From positions 32,001 through 96,000 of the IMG/VR virus record IMGVR_UViG_3300022602_000038: a stretch of 64,000 nt of DNA, one strand, 5' to 3'. A program made the translations under genes and the position numbers. The notes under the pieces were generated by a model. That model worked only from the letters and a program-made list of their open reading frames with translations, ran no database searches and was not told the origin of the DNA. The stretch comes from a virus. This document shows positions 46,827 through 56,391 of the stretch, in pieces. The first letter of the stretch is position 1. Each line of letters starts with the position of its first letter.

Positions 46827-47636
46827 ATGAGCAGTAATTTTAATAACATTATTTCCGTACTGGATACAATTAATAAGAACGCAACTGTACCAGTATATAT
46901 ACCTAGTTTAAAAAGAGAAGTAAAGTTTAAAAATCTCAACACCGGTCAACAGAAGAACCTTTTAAAAGCAGCAGTTGATAACCCTGTATTTCAAACACGT
47001 TTTACTATTGCCTTGTATAATATTATTGTAGAGAATTGCACTGAGAAAGACATATTAATTTCTTTAACAACTATAGATAGTGCTGCAATTGCTGTACAGC
47101 TTAAGATAGCTGCAAGCGGTGCAACCTACACATTAAATCAAAATGATAAAAAATACAAGATTGACCTTCAATCTGTTGTAGACAAATTTAAGGCTTCTTC
47201 TACTCTTGATCCTGAAACTATTTCAGACACTCCTTTTACTGTACAGGTCGGTATGCCTTTATTTGTAGAACAATACAATCTAGAAAAACAACTTAGAGAA
47301 AAAGATTTAAATGATCAACAAGTTGTAAACACTCAATTAACAGAAACAATTGGTGATGCATTTATTGGGGAAGTATCAAAGTTTATTAAAGAAATTAGTG
47401 TATTTCATGATAATACAGATGAGTCTCTTGGTTATAAGTCTTTACCGTTTACCAAACGACACACTATATTAGAAAAAATTCCTACTACAGTTATTAAGAA
47501 CGTGTTAAATTATATGGAAAAATACGTTTCTATACAGAAGGATATATTAACTGTTACTGGAACGGATATAGATACTGAAGAAACTGTTAGTGATTTGTTA
47601 CTTTCTATTGATACTACCTTGTTTGTTGTTAACTAA
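46827..47636 (+). CDS. baseplate hub assembly protein (second gp26-like)
   Basis: YIPSL..EVKF..L...QQK.LL.A start; D...I...L. Confidence 0.6.
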   Translation: MSSNFNNIISVLDTINKNATVPVYIPSLKREVKFKNLNTGQQKNLLKAAVDNPVFQTRFTIALYNIIVENCTEKDILISLTTIDSAAIAVQLKIAASGATYTLNQNDKKYKIDLQSVVDKFKASSTLDPETISDTPFTVQVGMPLFVEQYNLEKQLREKDLNDQQVVNTQLTETIGDAFIGEVSKFIKEISVFHDNTDESLGYKSLPFTKRHTILEKIPTTVIKNVLNYMEKYVSIQKDILTVTGTDIDTEETVSDLLLSIDTTLFVVN

Positions 47637-47675
47637 TAATACTTAAGAGGTACATCTGGTACCTAAGTATTTAAT

Positions 47676-50381
47676 ATGGCAGATACTAACAAGGATAAAG
47701 GAGTAGCACCAGCTAAGCCTGCAGCTACATCTAAAACAGCTGATGCTGGCCCTATACCTAAAAAGTGGTTAGATAGTATGCTCGCTCAATCTAAGGATTT
47801 ACCGAAAGGTTTAGAAGCAATACAAAAACAGTTATCTACAGGAGATACAAGAGTTGTTAATCAATTAGTGTTGCAAACTGCTGTTTTAAATGATATAGCT
47901 AAAGCTGTTGGTCCGGATCTTAGAAACACTTTACTTGATACTTTTAAATCGTTTAAAAAAGATACTCAAGATAAAGAAGAAGAGAAAACATACAAAGACC
48001 GTAAAAAACAAAAAGATAAAGAAAAAGCTGATGATGAAACTAAATTGGTGAAAGATTTAGGCAATGTTGTGTCTAAAGCTACAAAACAATCTACAGGAGA
48101 TGAAAGTGAAGCTGCTAATAAAGCAGCTTTAGAAGCAAAAATTGCTAATGCAGAAAGCGGTAAAGTTGAAGTAACGCCTACTACTATAGTTGGTATAAAA
48201 AAAGAAGTAGCAGAAGAATTAGGCAAGTCTATTGCTTTAGCTTTAAAAGGAATAAAAACAGATACTGGTGGAGTAGCAGGCTTCTTCACGACAATAGTAA
48301 ATGCAGTAAAATCTCTAGGACCTGCCTTAGCTTCTTTAGGTAAAGGTTTAGGGAACGGGTTTGCCGGTCTAGGTAAAGGTATTGGTGCAGGTATAGCAGG
48401 AGTAGGTAAAGGAATTGGTGGTTTCTTGGCAGGTATTGGGGAAGGATTTAAAATACTAGGACCTGGCTTAAAAGCTTTTGCAAACCCTCAAGCTGCTATA
48501 GGTTTAGGTTTAGTGGTGCTTGCTATAAACGGTTTAGCTTTAGCTTTAAGATTAGCTGCACCTGCAATAGCAGCAGCAATGCCGTTCTTCGTAAAATTAG
48601 CAGAAGTATTAGGTACAGTACTAATGCACGCAATAGATAAGATACCTGATATGATTAAAGCCGTAGGGGTCGCTATTGGAACTGTATTAACTATGGCCGG
48701 GCCTGTAATTATACAACTTACTAAGGTTATAGGTACGTATTTAATTAATGTTATAAAAAATATTGGTACTACTATTGAAAATTTAGTTAAAATAGCAGGT
48801 CCATTTATTGTACAAATTGTTAAAATAGTTAAAGAAGCAGTGGTACAATTAGCGCCTTACGTGGTACAGATAGTTAAAACTGTTAAAGATGCATTTGTAC
48901 AGTTGGCTCCTTTTGCAGTACAAATTATTAAACTGTTTAAAGAAACTGTTGCCATAGTAATGCCGTACATATTAGAATTAGGTAGAGCTATTAAAGATAT
49001 ACTCGTTACAGCTTTAGATCTTTTAAAACCAGTATTACTAGCATTAGTACCTATATTAGACAAAGTAGTAACGTTTTTAGGTACAAACTTAACTGAAGCT
49101 ATAAAATATGTCGGACCAGTACTAAAAGATTTGAGTGAAAGTATAAAGATTGCAGTTGCCGGTTTATCTGACATATTAACTGGAGTAATTACTCTTGCAA
49201 CTCATTTGGTTGACGATATAAAAGATATATTTGTTAAGGGGGTAGATGGTATAACGGATTTAGTACATACAATAGGAGATACAGTACAGGGCTCTATTAA
49301 AGCTATTGGAGATTCTATTGTTAATGTAATTAACACGGTTACTGATAGTATTGTTCGTTTAAGTACAGTAAGTGGAGATAAATTAAAAGAAACAGCAGGT
49401 GGTATAGCAGCAGTTGCTGGTGCTATGGCTTTATTTGCAGGTGGAGCAGTAGCAAGTGGTTTTGGAAACCTTATAGGTGGTTTAGCTTCTAAGATAGGTG
49501 GTCAAAAGCCTCCTTTAGAGCAACTAATAGCTATAGGAGAACAAGCAGATAATTTCACTAAGGTAGCTGATGGACTGAAGCAAGTAAAAGAAAGTATGAT
49601 CTCTTTTAGTGGTCTTAAAGTAGATTTAGATCCTATTAAAAAGTTTGCAGACGTAATAGGTGTACTTAAAGATAAATTATCAAATACGGTAGGTAGCGTA
49701 TTTAGCGGAATTACAAGTAAAGTAACTGGTACTAATCCGTTAGATTTAATAGTTAGTATAGCAGATCACGCTGATAGTATAGATGATGTGGCTGATAGTA
49801 TTAAATCTCTTATTGATAATTTTAACAAGGCAGATGTTGCAAAAATAACTGCTGTAATGGCAGCACTTGCAATGACTCCAACTCAAGCTGCTGTTTTAAC
49901 TCAAACAGCAGCTGCTCCAAGTACTCCTGCTACTCAAACAGCAGCTGCTCCAAGTACTCCTGCTACTCAAACAGCAGCTAGTGTAAGCGGAGCAAGCGAA
50001 AGCGCTACAACTACAACTAGCCAAACAACCAAAGTTAATACCGTAAATGAACAGGTAACTAATCTTAACAAATTATCTACTCAAGCAGCTACACCATCAG
50101 TAGAAGTACCGCAAATGAGAGAAGTTAATGAAAACCTTCAACTTGTAGCAGCTAAACTAGATAGTTTAATAAAATTAACTCAAGTTCAAATCGAAATTGA
50201 AACTAAAGATACAAGAAAAGGAGAAGCAAGTATAGCGTCTACTACAACTAGTACAAATCAAGTTATTTCTAATAGTAATCCTAACATTACTATAAACGGA
50301 GATTCCGGTAATAGAGACATTCCTTACCTAGAACGTAATAAGTATAGACAAACCTTAATGTACACAAGAGGATTATTATAA
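47676..50381 (+). CDS. tape measure protein
   Basis: 901 aa, helical, 11-residue-like periodic hydrophobic repeats, located between hub and baseplate genes. Confidence 0.8.
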   Translation: MADTNKDKGVAPAKPAATSKTADAGPIPKKWLDSMLAQSKDLPKGLEAIQKQLSTGDTRVVNQLVLQTAVLNDIAKAVGPDLRNTLLDTFKSFKKDTQDKEEEKTYKDRKKQKDKEKADDETKLVKDLGNVVSKATKQSTGDESEAANKAALEAKIANAESGKVEVTPTTIVGIKKEVAEELGKSIALALKGIKTDTGGVAGFFTTIVNAVKSLGPALASLGKGLGNGFAGLGKGIGAGIAGVGKGIGGFLAGIGEGFKILGPGLKAFANPQAAIGLGLVVLAINGLALALRLAAPAIAAAMPFFVKLAEVLGTVLMHAIDKIPDMIKAVGVAIGTVLTMAGPVIIQLTKVIGTYLINVIKNIGTTIENLVKIAGPFIVQIVKIVKEAVVQLAPYVVQIVKTVKDAFVQLAPFAVQIIKLFKETVAIVMPYILELGRAIKDILVTALDLLKPVLLALVPILDKVVTFLGTNLTEAIKYVGPVLKDLSESIKIAVAGLSDILTGVITLATHLVDDIKDIFVKGVDGITDLVHTIGDTVQGSIKAIGDSIVNVINTVTDSIVRLSTVSGDKLKETAGGIAAVAGAMALFAGGAVASGFGNLIGGLASKIGGQKPPLEQLIAIGEQADNFTKVADGLKQVKESMISFSGLKVDLDPIKKFADVIGVLKDKLSNTVGSVFSGITSKVTGTNPLDLIVSIADHADSIDDVADSIKSLIDNFNKADVAKITAVMAALAMTPTQAAVLTQTAAAPSTPATQTAAAPSTPATQTAASVSGASESATTTTSQTTKVNTVNEQVTNLNKLSTQAATPSVEVPQMREVNENLQLVAAKLDSLIKLTQVQIEIETKDTRKGEASIASTTTSTNQVISNSNPNITINGDSGNRDIPYLERNKYRQTLMYTRGLL
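49899..49979 (+). repeat. 33-bp perfect tandem repeat (TQTAAAPSTPA)
   Basis: ACTCAAACAGCAGCTGCTCCAAGTACTCCTGCT, about 2.4 copies. Confidence 0.85.
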
Positions 50382-50382
50382 C

Positions 50383-51621
50383 ATGGCCACTCCTTCTATA
50401 CCTAATTACAATCCTATACTATTTCAATGGAACTCTCCAACTAACGATTTAGGTTCTTTTGTATTAGGTCCTGTATCAAATGATAGTTATGATGAAAACG
50501 ATGTTAGCGGTGTAATAGATGTGTTTAACACTTTTGATTGGACTTTGACACCTCCAGATGGTCGCCAACATATACCTAAAGTTATATTAACTGAATATAG
50601 GCAGAATTTATCTAGTGAATTACAAGGTTATTTATATAGCGCGAGAGGTCAATTAACAAATGTACAAGTAGCAGCAGCTGTAGGTGCACCTGCTGGTCAA
50701 GCATTTACTAATAATGCTAGTACAGCTGTAAAAGATGTTACTAATAATAACGCATTAGGAGATATTGCACAAAAAGCTTTAAACACAGCCTCCCAACAGC
50801 TTCAAAAAATTAGTAATTCGGATGCAGTATCAAAGTTACCGGACTGGGCTACAGGACCTTTTTCTCCGTATGATGGTTTATATTCTATAGTACCAACAGG
50901 TTTTAGTTATGTTTTACCGTATTATTCAGACAATGGAACAGTGCAAGTTAGTAATCAATGGGGTGAAGCAGGTAGTGACTTTGTAAATGCAGCTGGTGGT
51001 GTTCTTGGTGGTTTAAAAACAATGTTAGGTGGTGGTAAAGGCGCAGAAGGCGGTACAGACGCAAAAACCTCGGGCGGACCTGGAGTAATAGGTAAATTAG
51101 TTCAAGGCGGTACTCAAGTGTTTAAAAACCTACCTGCTATGGGGTATGCTGCAACTGCTGGTGTATCTGTGGCAGAAAAACCTCAAGCGTATAAAGGTTC
51201 TTCAGCAATGGAAGATGCTGTTGTAGATTTTTATCTATATAATACAACAGATAGCGATGTTACAGCTATACAGAAAAACTGGGAGCTTTGTTACCTGTTA
51301 ACGTATCAAAATTTACCTAACAGAAAGGGTATTAATTTTCTCGATGCCCCTTGCTTGTATGAAGTAAAAATACCAGGTTATAAGTATCTACCTATAGCAA
51401 CTCTATCTAACATATCAGTTACAAATGTAGGTAATGTAAGGTTAATAGATATTACTACCGGCGAAGTTGTCAATAACGGTAATACAACTGGTCCTAAAAT
51501 TAAAATGATTCCTGAAGCGTATCATATAACTTTAACGTTTAAAGGTGTTTTAATTAATAGCCAAAACTTATTTTTGTTTAATGCTGATCCTGAACAATCA
51601 GTTAGTATAAGCGTATCATAA
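50383..51621 (+). CDS. baseplate tube cap-like protein (T4 gp48-like)
   Basis: position after TMP; F.LYNT...LP...P.LY.V.IPG...P....I.LTF. Confidence 0.55.
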   Translation: MATPSIPNYNPILFQWNSPTNDLGSFVLGPVSNDSYDENDVSGVIDVFNTFDWTLTPPDGRQHIPKVILTEYRQNLSSELQGYLYSARGQLTNVQVAAAVGAPAGQAFTNNASTAVKDVTNNNALGDIAQKALNTASQQLQKISNSDAVSKLPDWATGPFSPYDGLYSIVPTGFSYVLPYYSDNGTVQVSNQWGEAGSDFVNAAGGVLGGLKTMLGGGKGAEGGTDAKTSGGPGVIGKLVQGGTQVFKNLPAMGYAATAGVSVAEKPQAYKGSSAMEDAVVDFYLYNTTDSDVTAIQKNWELCYLLTYQNLPNRKGINFLDAPCLYEVKIPGYKYLPIATLSNISVTNVGNVRLIDITTGEVVNNGNTTGPKIKMIPEAYHITLTFKGVLINSQNLFLFNADPEQSVSISVS

Positions 51622-51622
51622 A

Positions 51623-51988
51623 ATGAATCAAACCCCTCAAAAACAAAACGATATTACAGCTTTAACTCCTTTAGAGAGTTTTAGATATGAAAACATTTTT
51701 AATGTATATAAAAATGATAATAACGATTATTTTTATAACATTTTAAGTAAAGTTAATTTTCCAGCTGTTATAGATGAAAGTTATTATGATACATATACTG
51801 TATCTACTAATTCTTCTCCGTATACATTTATATCCTACAGAATTTACGGTACTACATTATTATGGTGGTTAATTTGTGCAGTTAACAATATTAAGAACCC
51901 TGTATTTTTTCCACAACCAAATACTCAATTAAAGTACTTAAAACCAGAATATGTTCGGTTAGTACTTAATCAAATAATCAATTCTTAA
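51623..51988 (+). CDS. baseplate wedge protein (T4 gp53-like, LysM-like)
   Basis: ISYRIYG...LWWLI..VNNI.NP. Confidence 0.8.
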   Translation: MNQTPQKQNDITALTPLESFRYENIFNVYKNDNNDYFYNILSKVNFPAVIDESYYDTYTVSTNSSPYTFISYRIYGTTLLWWLICAVNNIKNPVFFPQPNTQLKYLKPEYVRLVLNQIINS

Positions 51989-53520
51989 TGGCAGCAGAAA
52001 ACATTACAAGTCAGCTAAGAGTTAATGGTCAAACATATAACTTTAATCTATTCCTGTATAATGCACAGGGTATAATGTTTCCTATCAACACAGCTGCTTT
52101 AGTACAGCTTTCTATTGAAGAAGATTCTAGAGAGTGGTTTAAACGTGGCTCTATTATATTAGACAACAAAGAAAATATAATAGAACGTAGACCGAATGAA
52201 TTCGTAAGTGCAGATGCTAATTATAAGTTTCGTAATGATGGTAGAGATATGCTATTAGTATACATTAAACCAGTATATGATAGTCCTACAACAACTATAC
52301 AAGACGATCCATTCCCTTCTGATGGTTGGGAATTACATTACATATTTTCTGTATATGATGTAGAAGATTTACCAGGAGATACACTTTCAAATAAAAAAAT
52401 TAAATTGTATTTGTGGGAATATGATTACCAGCTTTTTGTAGAAACAACTACAAGTGGTTGGTGTACTAACAATGCATTATATAATTTATACCCTGAATTA
52501 AACGGTAAATCTAGTATACTACCAGACTCCCAACGTAAAATACCTACAGGTTTAGCTATAAAAGATCTTATTAGTACAGTTTTAGATGCTAGAAGTAGTA
52601 AGCAAATATTTAGTGATAATTGGGATCCAGGCGCAAGTAATATATTCTATACCCCACCTACTAATAATAACTCTATTGATGATTTAGATTATCTTTTTAA
52701 TAAACACGTAGCAAGTAAAAAATATGGTCAAATAGACGGAGACGTACCTCTATTATATAGAATGAGATACGATAAGAAATGGATACTAACATCTCTTTCA
52801 AGTCAACTTTCTTTAGCTGTAGATAATGGTCAAGCTGGTCCCCTACAATCAGAGCAGTTTTATATAACGTCTACTACACCTACTGGGGTTATTATACCAT
52901 CATTATTTAAAACACCACAATCAAACGGTAAAGATCGTAATTTAAATTTAGGTTATTTAAGTTCTATTAGCAACTATCAATTTGTTGATATGTCCGCTTT
53001 AGATAACACATTTACACTTATTAATCTACCTTGTTCAAGTAATAGTACTACTACAAAACAGTTTAATATAGATGTAGCTGATACTACTATACAAAGCACT
53101 AAAGATTACTTTCAGGCAAACTACGTAAACAAGTTTAGTAATAATAAATCTCCAACAGCCATGCTTTCTTTGAACAAAACTAAAACTCAAAGCTTAGCTT
53201 ATAAACAGCCATATTCTTATAGTTCTACAAAACTAGAAAGATATCCAGATGCTAGGAACAGAATATTAAAATCAGGATTCTTTTTAAATCAATGTATTAA
53301 TTTTACTGTACCTGGTAGTACAGTACGTATGGCAAATACGTTTATAGGGTTGGATCGACGTACAGGTTCAGTAGATGCTGATTTTGATGAGAAACTTCTC
53401 GGTCAATGGTATATAATAAAGGTTACCCATACTTTTACTCAAAATAGTTATACAAATACAATTACCGCTGTGAAACCACATGCGGATAAGAATATACAGA
53501 TACAAGATAATGTACTGTAA
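51988..53520 (+). CDS. baseplate hub protein (T4 gp27-like)
   Basis: L.I.ED....F..G.I start; I.F.VPG...G.W.I.KVTH.F...Y end. Confidence 0.7.
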   Translation: MAAENITSQLRVNGQTYNFNLFLYNAQGIMFPINTAALVQLSIEEDSREWFKRGSIILDNKENIIERRPNEFVSADANYKFRNDGRDMLLVYIKPVYDSPTTTIQDDPFPSDGWELHYIFSVYDVEDLPGDTLSNKKIKLYLWEYDYQLFVETTTSGWCTNNALYNLYPELNGKSSILPDSQRKIPTGLAIKDLISTVLDARSSKQIFSDNWDPGASNIFYTPPTNNNSIDDLDYLFNKHVASKKYGQIDGDVPLLYRMRYDKKWILTSLSSQLSLAVDNGQAGPLQSEQFYITSTTPTGVIIPSLFKTPQSNGKDRNLNLGYLSSISNYQFVDMSALDNTFTLINLPCSSNSTTTKQFNIDVADTTIQSTKDYFQANYVNKFSNNKSPTAMLSLNKTKTQSLAYKQPYSYSSTKLERYPDARNRILKSGFFLNQCINFTVPGSTVRMANTFIGLDRRTGSVDADFDEKLLGQWYIIKVTHTFTQNSYTNTITAVKPHADKNIQIQDNVL

Positions 53521-53549
53521 CAATAATGTTTACTAGGTAAGTATATATA

Positions 53550-54344
53550 ATGGCTAACACAGTAGTCAAAACGTTTGATCTATATAATTCCACTTTCTAT
53601 TGGAATGGATACACGTTAAGTAATGCACTGAGCACTCAATTAAGTGTTACGCAAGCGTATTACGCTACTCAATATAGTTCAAATGTTATAGGTTCTCAAA
53701 TTGACTTTTTTACAGAATTAGCAGGTGTAACAGCTAATAATATAGCGTTTAATTTAAGCGGTATCACTATAGGCAATCTACCCTATCTCTGGAGCAAATA
53801 TTGGTGGGATGAAGCAATGTATTACTCTAATAGTTATGTACTAAGCGCTATAACTACTAGTTTTCCAACTTATTACCAGTCTTTTTCAGAGTCTGTAGGT
53901 TGTTTGTATTATATACAAGACCCTGTAACGGTACCTTATAGTAGTTTAATTAGTTCGCTAATACCCCCGACGGTATCTAATAATATTCAAAGTTTTTATG
54001 CTACTGTAAACAATTTATTTGCTACTAATATAGCAGCTATTGGACCTAAGGGTACTGATACAGCCCCGAATAACAGTAGTCTTATAGCTCCTACATCTGA
54101 TCAATTACGTAGATTTAATTCAAGCGCTAGTTTAGCAAATACTATTAACGGTACATACCCAATATTAAGTATGTTTTTACCTTTTAATAACAATGTAGTG
54201 GGTAATCTTATTACCCCTTATAATTGGTATAGCTTTATGCCTTATGACGATAGTAGTTTAGAATTCGGTTTATTAGTAGACCAGACAAACTCTATTATTT
54301 CTTCTCAAATAACTCTTCCAGTAAGTGCTCTGCAAGTAACATAA
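53550..54344 (+). CDS. hypothetical baseplate-region protein
   Basis: ORF with TAAGTA upstream, between hub and spike. Confidence 0.65.
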   Translation: MANTVVKTFDLYNSTFYWNGYTLSNALSTQLSVTQAYYATQYSSNVIGSQIDFFTELAGVTANNIAFNLSGITIGNLPYLWSKYWWDEAMYYSNSYVLSAITTSFPTYYQSFSESVGCLYYIQDPVTVPYSSLISSLIPPTVSNNIQSFYATVNNLFATNIAAIGPKGTDTAPNNSSLIAPTSDQLRRFNSSASLANTINGTYPILSMFLPFNNNVVGNLITPYNWYSFMPYDDSSLEFGLLVDQTNSIISSQITLPVSALQVT

Positions 54345-54345
54345 T

Positions 54346-56346
54346 ATGCAAACTTTTAATTCAACTTATTTAGGTATAGTAGTACAGAACAACGACCCGG
54401 AGTATCGTGGTAGAGTAAAAGTATGGGTACCGCATATAAACGGGTCTGTATATAACAAATGGGCTCAATTAGGTGCAGATCGTAGTTTTAAATTTCCTGG
54501 TACTAATATAAGTTCAGATTTAAATTTAGTTTTAGATACAGTTAAAGATCAATTACCTTGGGCAGAACAATGTGCTCCAATAGTAGGTGAAAGTGCAACT
54601 GGTTACTATAACGCTTACACTACACAAGCTACTACATCAGATGCTGCTTTTTCATATAGTTTATCAGGTACAAATTTTTCAAATAATTACACTCAATTTA
54701 ATTTAAATAGTGAAGGTATAGGCGAAAAACCTGGTTTTGTATATGAAAAATACGGCACTAAATTAACCGATGCTTTTACAGATACTACTGCGAATAATAC
54801 AAGCATGGTTAATCAAAACGGTGCACAGTATAGGCCGTCTACGTATTCTAATGCTGCTAAAGGTATATTTGCTATACCTAAAGTAGGAGCTCATGTATGG
54901 GTGTTCTTTAGAGACGGCATGCCGGTATACCCTGTCTATATGGGCACTATTTCAAGTCAAGATGATTTTGCAAGTATATTTAACACTCAAGATGGCGCTT
55001 ATCAAGACTACCCTCAAACGTTTGAAAATGTAAACAAAAACCTTAGACAAACTGAAGATGTTAATACCCATACATATCGTAATAAAATGGTTATTAACCA
55101 AAGAGGTGCAGCTATAGAAATTATCAATACTACTGATAGAGAACAGTTTAAAGTGACTCACTTTGCGGGTGGTTTTCTGGAATTTAACAATAAATTTAAC
55201 TCTTTATTTAGTCCTAAAAATTTACAACTTCTTACTCTGAGAGACAAATTTGAAACGATAAGAGGTCATAATAATTTATTTGTAGATAGAAATTTCGATA
55301 ATACTGTACAGGGAGATTACTTGATTAAAACAGGTAATTTAAATACTACCGCGATGCAGAACTGGGTTACTGCTTATACAGCTATAGCCAACTTATTAGC
55401 ATTACCTGAAGGCTCTGCTGGTAAAGATAGTTTAGCCGCAACAATAACAGCTCAAGCTGCTGCCTTAGCTGCTGCTGAAGCAGAACTAGGATTCGGTGGT
55501 AATTATGTTGAAACAGTAACTAAGCATAAATTCCTTAATGTAGGTTTAGTGTTTAATACATTTGCAAGTACTAGGTATAACTTAACTAACAAAACTGTTT
55601 CTCAATACAGAAACGCTACAGGTTCTGGTACAACTTTAACTACAACTACAATACCGGCAATAGAGTATACATTTATAGATGATATGCCTGGTGGTAATCT
55701 AACTCAAACCATAGGTAATAAATACAGTTTATTAGTTGGTTCAGGTGGGGTTGATATTAAAACAACCGGCCCTGTGAACATTGGCGGCACTATAATGGCT
55801 GTAGCAGGTAAACAAGTTAATATAGCATCTACTGATGATACTAATATTGATGGTGGTACTAACTTATCTGTTATAGCAACTTTAATGACTATAAGAACTC
55901 GTAACAGACAACAAGTAGTTATTGATGATAATTTAGGTATTAGTAAAAATGTTATTATTGGAGGTGGTGCTTATGCAAACGGGGAAATGTTCGTACAACA
56001 TATAACAGCTCCTGTTGAATTTCAATTAACAGAAGCTACAAAAATAAGCGATACAACTTATACTATTACAGGGGCTACTATTACAGGTTCTGGTACAGGC
56101 CCTGGTGGATCTTACGTATCTGGAAATACTATTAATATCTCTGGTGGTACATTAGCAATTAATCAAACCCATCAACATTATTATAAGAATATACCATTAA
56201 CAATGCTTGCTAGTAATTCTGCAGTTAGTACAGCCGCAGAAGCTCTTAATGCGGGTAGTTCAGCTTCTACTGCTACAGCGGTATCTGATGGGTATAAATC
56301 CGATCCAAGCGGTCGTACTCCTCCTTCTGATCCACGTACAAATTAA
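54346..56346 (+). CDS. baseplate central spike (gp5/VgrG-like), no lysozyme domain apparent
   Basis: YLGIVVQNNDP..RGRVKV, P.VG..VWVFF..G...PVY.G OB fold; beta-helix repeats; HQH tip. Confidence 0.88.
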   Translation: MQTFNSTYLGIVVQNNDPEYRGRVKVWVPHINGSVYNKWAQLGADRSFKFPGTNISSDLNLVLDTVKDQLPWAEQCAPIVGESATGYYNAYTTQATTSDAAFSYSLSGTNFSNNYTQFNLNSEGIGEKPGFVYEKYGTKLTDAFTDTTANNTSMVNQNGAQYRPSTYSNAAKGIFAIPKVGAHVWVFFRDGMPVYPVYMGTISSQDDFASIFNTQDGAYQDYPQTFENVNKNLRQTEDVNTHTYRNKMVINQRGAAIEIINTTDREQFKVTHFAGGFLEFNNKFNSLFSPKNLQLLTLRDKFETIRGHNNLFVDRNFDNTVQGDYLIKTGNLNTTAMQNWVTAYTAIANLLALPEGSAGKDSLAATITAQAAALAAAEAELGFGGNYVETVTKHKFLNVGLVFNTFASTRYNLTNKTVSQYRNATGSGTTLTTTTIPAIEYTFIDDMPGGNLTQTIGNKYSLLVGSGGVDIKTTGPVNIGGTIMAVAGKQVNIASTDDTNIDGGTNLSVIATLMTIRTRNRQQVVIDDNLGISKNVIIGGGAYANGEMFVQHITAPVEFQLTEATKISDTTYTITGATITGSGTGPGGSYVSGNTINISGGTLAINQTHQHYYKNIPLTMLASNSAVSTAAEALNAGSSASTATAVSDGYKSDPSGRTPPSDPRTN

Positions 56347-56357
56347 GTGGAAAAATA

Positions 56358-56385
56358 TTGACTTTTAAGTAAGTTCTTTTATTAT
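56358..56385 (+). promoter_or_regulatory. composite promoter (sigma70-like plus late motif)
   Basis: TTGACT-16-TATTAT with TAAGTA/TAAGTT inside the spacer. Confidence 0.55.
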
Positions 56386-56391
56386 ATTTTT

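Noticed and set aside
40074-56346. Bacterial contractile injection system (eCIS/T6SS/tailocin)
   Set aside because: Terminase, neck protein, T4-type late promoters and dense phage-like small genes indicate a myophage genome.
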